From positions 181 to 64,180 of the forward strand of contig CACWSI010000003.1 of the NCBI GenBank assembly GCA_902763555.1: 64,000 nt of DNA, read 5' to 3'. A program made the position numbers and the translations under genes. Origin of the DNA: an uncultured Erysipelotrichaceae bacterium. GTDB taxonomy: Bacteria; Bacillota_I; Bacilli_A; RFN20; CAG-826. Positions 60,600 through 64,000 of the stretch are shown one piece after another. How positions within the stretch are numbered: position 1 is the stretch's first letter; each line of letters starts with the position of its first letter. The notes under the pieces are model-generated. The model ran no database searches. It was not told where the DNA came from and saw only the letters and a program-made list of their open reading frames with translations.

Positions 60600-62511
60600 T
60601 TATTTTTTATTGCTGTTTAAGAACTCTAGTAATTCTTTTTCTCTCAAAGGCTTGGTGAAGTAGTAACCTTGGACGAAATCGATCTTCTTATTTTTAGACA
60701 TCGCTAATTGTTCTTCGTTTTCTACGCCTTCAATAACGATTGGGATTTCCAAACTTCTAAATAAGTTAACCGCAGCGTCAAAGAAGACTTTAACGTTAAC
60801 AGCTTCTCCTAATAAAGATTTATCTAATTTAGCGACACTAAATGGTAGTGTGATGAATCTCGCCATATTGGAGTAGCCACTGCCGAAGTCATCCATCGCA
60901 AACTTGATACCGTGTTGGCCCAAATCATTCATAAACTCTCTAGTCTTGGTTGGATATTTCACCGCGATTGTTAAGGAATCTTTCACTTGGATTATTGAAG
61001 AATTCCGCACAAGAGATATTAACTTCTAAGCTTTCGATTTCTGGATGTCTTTGTAAAAATGCACATGTTTCGTTTAAAACAAAGAAGTCAATTTGGTTAG
61101 CCAAACCAAAGCTTTCAGCGATTGGAATGAATTCGCCTGGACCGACATAACCCAATTCGTCGTTATCAAGTCTAATCAATGCTTCGCAATGATTAAAACA
61201 TTTGTTTTTCATATCAAAGATTGGTTGATAAACCATATATAAACCAGTTTTTGTTTTTAAACAGTTTTCTAAGATATCTCTAATCTTTCTATCTCTATTA
61301 ACTCGTTCCATGAATTCTTCACCTAATTTAATGCAGTTAGAATCTTTAAAGTTAATCGCAGAGAGTGTTCTAGTGATGAAGTTATTGTATAAATCGGAAT
61401 TATAGAAGGCTTTGTTATTAACAAAATAGAAAAGATTAATAGTGAGAACGACTTCGTTACCTTTAACACGTACTGGCTTATCGAATCTTTCTTTAATTGC
61501 GTTAACCATTTCTAATTGTTCTTTTTCGTTTCTTAACAATACGACGAAACGTGAAGAAGTGGTTCTGAAGATGAATGATTTCTTATTAACACCTTCGATG
61601 AACTTTCTAACGATAGAAACAAGTTCGTTAGAGGCAACAACACCAAACTTCTCGGAGAACATACCAAAGCTTTCAATATCAAAGATGATGTAGTATTTCC
61701 TTTGCCTTTCAAATCTTTGGACATTGATGTACTCAATAAAGGCCTCGTTATTAAACGCTTTAGAGAAACGGTCAACCTTAACATCAGGATCACAAACAGA
61801 AACAACCGCGAGCATCACGGAAAGAGTAAATGATGTGCCAGAAAGAATGACATGTGGAACAAGTGTTTGGATAATTGAAGCGGTCGCGACAATACCCATC
61901 ACACATAACAAGGTGCTTAAAACTTGCTTTGGTAATGATTTTCTAAGCACGATTGTGTAAATCAAGGTGGCCAAAGTATTCATGCCCCAGTTAATGACAT
62001 ACATCAAAATAAAACCGGGCCCTGGGATCATATCATAGACGCCGGTTTCACTATTTAACACAAATGAAAAGTTTAGATGGTGGAGACAGTTGGTAAACAT
62101 GAAAATCGCCCCTACAACGGATGGGATAGTGGTTAATAAGTAAATAGGGGAATATTTTAATGATTTACCAATGGAATATAAAACATACGCAAAGAGGAGA
62201 TAAGACTCCACGTATTGCATAAAGAAGAATAACTGCGCAACTGCTTCAACCCATTTGATTGGAACAACATTAGAATGGTCTAATAAAACGCAGAATAAGA
62301 TACTTAATGATACGTTAACGACAAGAGTGATAAGAGCGACACCAAAGAGGCGATAAGTAGATACAGGGAACTTCTTTCTGCCATAGTAAGCAATCGTGAT
62401 TGCCACAAGGAACACTAACGAACAAACTTCGAAATAATAGTTAACGTGTAAATTACTTGGGAGAGCGCCGATTGATGATAATAATGTCATAATACTTTTG
62501 TATTTTAACAA
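60600..62511 (-). pseudogene. Membrane-anchored signalling protein (7-8 TM sensor, degenerate GGDEF-like domain, EAL c-di-GMP phosphodiesterase domain) with the EAL domain split by a frameshift near 60960-61010
   Basis: ORF 60940..62511 ends inside the EAL domain (YQPIFD...EALIRL...EFIPIAE). ORF 60600..61010 in another frame carries the rest (DDFGSGYS, EGVENEEQ, QGYYF). The two overlap about 70 nt. Confidence 0.65.
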
Positions 62512-62931
62512 ATAAATTTCTTATATCAATGCCAAACTATTTTGTTTATTTTTTTCATTAAACTTTTACTTTGAAACAAATATCATTTATATCTTGATGA
62601 GGTCAAATCTTTTTAAATATTTATCGATGAAAAATCTTTTTAAAAAGTTAATAAAAAATTAATTAAGAAATATCGATGAAAACTATATCTTTTTCATTGA
62701 CTATCATTTGCTTTTTGTAACATGTGCTTTTCATCTATTTTTTCTGATGATTTTTAACGAAATAGCCAATATGGAATATTAAATTCCAAACAAATTTTCT
62801 TATTAAACTTTTTAAGAATAAATGAGAAAAAAACACATAACACGCTTAAGACTCTTAACAAAAAATAATGCAAAAGTGTTTGTCATGCACGCGTTTTCGT
62901 GTATGATTTATAGCCAATAGGGGAAAAGGGT

Positions 62932-64000
62932 ATGAAAAAGCTAAATAAATTAACTATTACTCTAGGCGTCTTCTCTTTGTTATTAACTGCATGTCAAGGT
63001 ACTACTGTTACGAGTTCAAGCTCAAGTTCGAGCTCTAGCACAAGCCAAGCACCAAAAGAATATACGGTTACTTGGAAAAACTTTGACGGAACTATCTTAG
63101 AAGTTGATGAAAAAGTCCAAGAAGGAACAAATCCAAATTATAACGGACTAGATCCTGTTAAGGCTGCTGACGAACAATATGACTACACATTTGCTGGTTG
63201 GACTCCAAGTCTAGCGCCAGTCACAAGCAACATAGATTATGTCGCTACATTTAAAGAAACACTTAAGAAATACGAAATCGTTTGGAAAAACTACGATGGC
63301 AATGTTTTACGTGTCGATGAAGTCGAATACGGTAAAACTCCTACCTATAGTGGTGCCACTCCAACAAAACCACAAACAGATCGTTTCTCATATGAATTTA
63401 CTGGCTGGTCTCCAGAAGTTGTACCAGTCACTGGCCCAGCGCAATATACTGCGACTTTTGAAGAAGGTCCAAGAAAATATACAGTCACTTGGATGAACTA
63501 CAATGGTGTCATCTTAGAGACAGATAACAATGTACCGTATGGCACGGTTCCTACTTATGATGGGGCTGAACCACAAAGAATTGGTGATGGTCGTTTTGAC
63601 TACGCTTTCAAAGGTTGGTCCCCAGAAGTTGGTCCTGTGACAGGTGATATCACTTATGTCGCAACATTCACTTCAAACATCAAAAGATATACAGTCACTT
63701 GGTTAAACTATGATGGTTCAACATTAGAAGTCGATGAAAATGTCGCTTATGGTTCCATTCCAACATACGATGGTGATAGACCAACAAAACCAACAGTGGG
63801 TGGTTTCAAACAAACATTCTCTGGCTGGTCTCCAGAAGTTACCGCTGTGACGGGTAATCAATCATACACCGCTCAATTCATTAACGGTGACCCAGTATTT
63901 AGCTTTGATTTACTCGATTATCAATTACAACCAGGTGTTAAAAAATCTGATTTACAAGGTGCACCTTGGATTAACTCAAATCTTAATGGTCAAATTAACA
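62932..64000 (+). CDS. Lipoprotein with at least 4 tandem ~70-aa Flg_new/InlB-B-type repeats, 3' end beyond window
   Basis: ATG 62932. Lipobox LTAC, Ser-rich linker, repeats YTVTWxNYDG...FxGWSPEV..VTG...Y.A.F. No stop before the window end. Confidence 0.75.
   Translation, partial: MKKLNKLTITLGVFSLLLTACQGTTVTSSSSSSSSSTSQAPKEYTVTWKNFDGTILEVDEKVQEGTNPNYNGLDPVKAADEQYDYTFAGWTPSLAPVTSNIDYVATFKETLKKYEIVWKNYDGNVLRVDEVEYGKTPTYSGATPTKPQTDRFSYEFTGWSPEVVPVTGPAQYTATFEEGPRKYTVTWMNYNGVILETDNNVPYGTVPTYDGAEPQRIGDGRFDYAFKGWSPEVGPVTGDITYVATFTSNIKRYTVTWLNYDGSTLEVDENVAYGSIPTYDGDRPTKPTVGGFKQTFSGWSPEVTAVTGNQSYTAQFINGDPVFSFDLLDYQLQPGVKKSDLQGAPWINSNLNGQIN

Overview
Low-GC chromosomal window from a Firmicutes/Tenericutes-like genome, possibly Acholeplasma- or Erysipelotrichia-like. 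This guess rests on lipoprotein lipoboxes, Flg_new/InlB-B-type repeat lipoproteins, a YfhO-family protein, DegV and pyruvate phosphate dikinase. The genome uses the standard code with UGA as a stop: prfB carries the canonical CTT TGA C +1 recoding site, and TAA, TAG and TGA are all used as stops. The core is syntenic housekeeping DNA. On the minus strand: typA, yfhO, rsmI, yaaT/ricT, holB, tmk, recR, ybaB, dnaX. On the plus strand: prfA-prmC-rpiB, comFA-comFC, secA-prfB-uvrB, secG. There is a translesion-synthesis pair (Y-family polymerase plus a YolD-like protein) next to rmuC. The flanks are lipoprotein-rich accessory segments. The left end has a LytTR response regulator and a GHKL sensor kinase, two Big_2/Flg_new lipoproteins (one with an esterase domain), a GH3 beta-glucosidase, a nitroreductase and ppdK. 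This is followed by an FGGY-kinase/ATP-grasp/mini-ORF operon, degV, and a Mycoplasma p37/p69/p29-like or Fbp-like ABC transporter. The right end has tRNA-Ala and two inverted paralogous collagen-like (Gly-X-Y) lipoproteins. These flank a flotillin/AlkD-like module, a frameshifted MASE-GGDEF-EAL gene and a partial Flg_new-repeat lipoprotein. Notable anomalies: (1) prfB runs in frame into uvrB with no stop, most simply explained by a 1-nt indel in an A5 run; (2) a ~95-bp degenerate copy of an internal comFA segment lies ~780 bp upstream of comFA, with a small basic ORF and a GC-rich structured segment in between; (3) two further frameshifted genes (AlkP-family and EAL); (4) a tightly coupled kinase/ATP-grasp/charged mini-ORF cassette of unknown function. 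No CRISPR array, IS element, integrase or rRNA gene was recognised.
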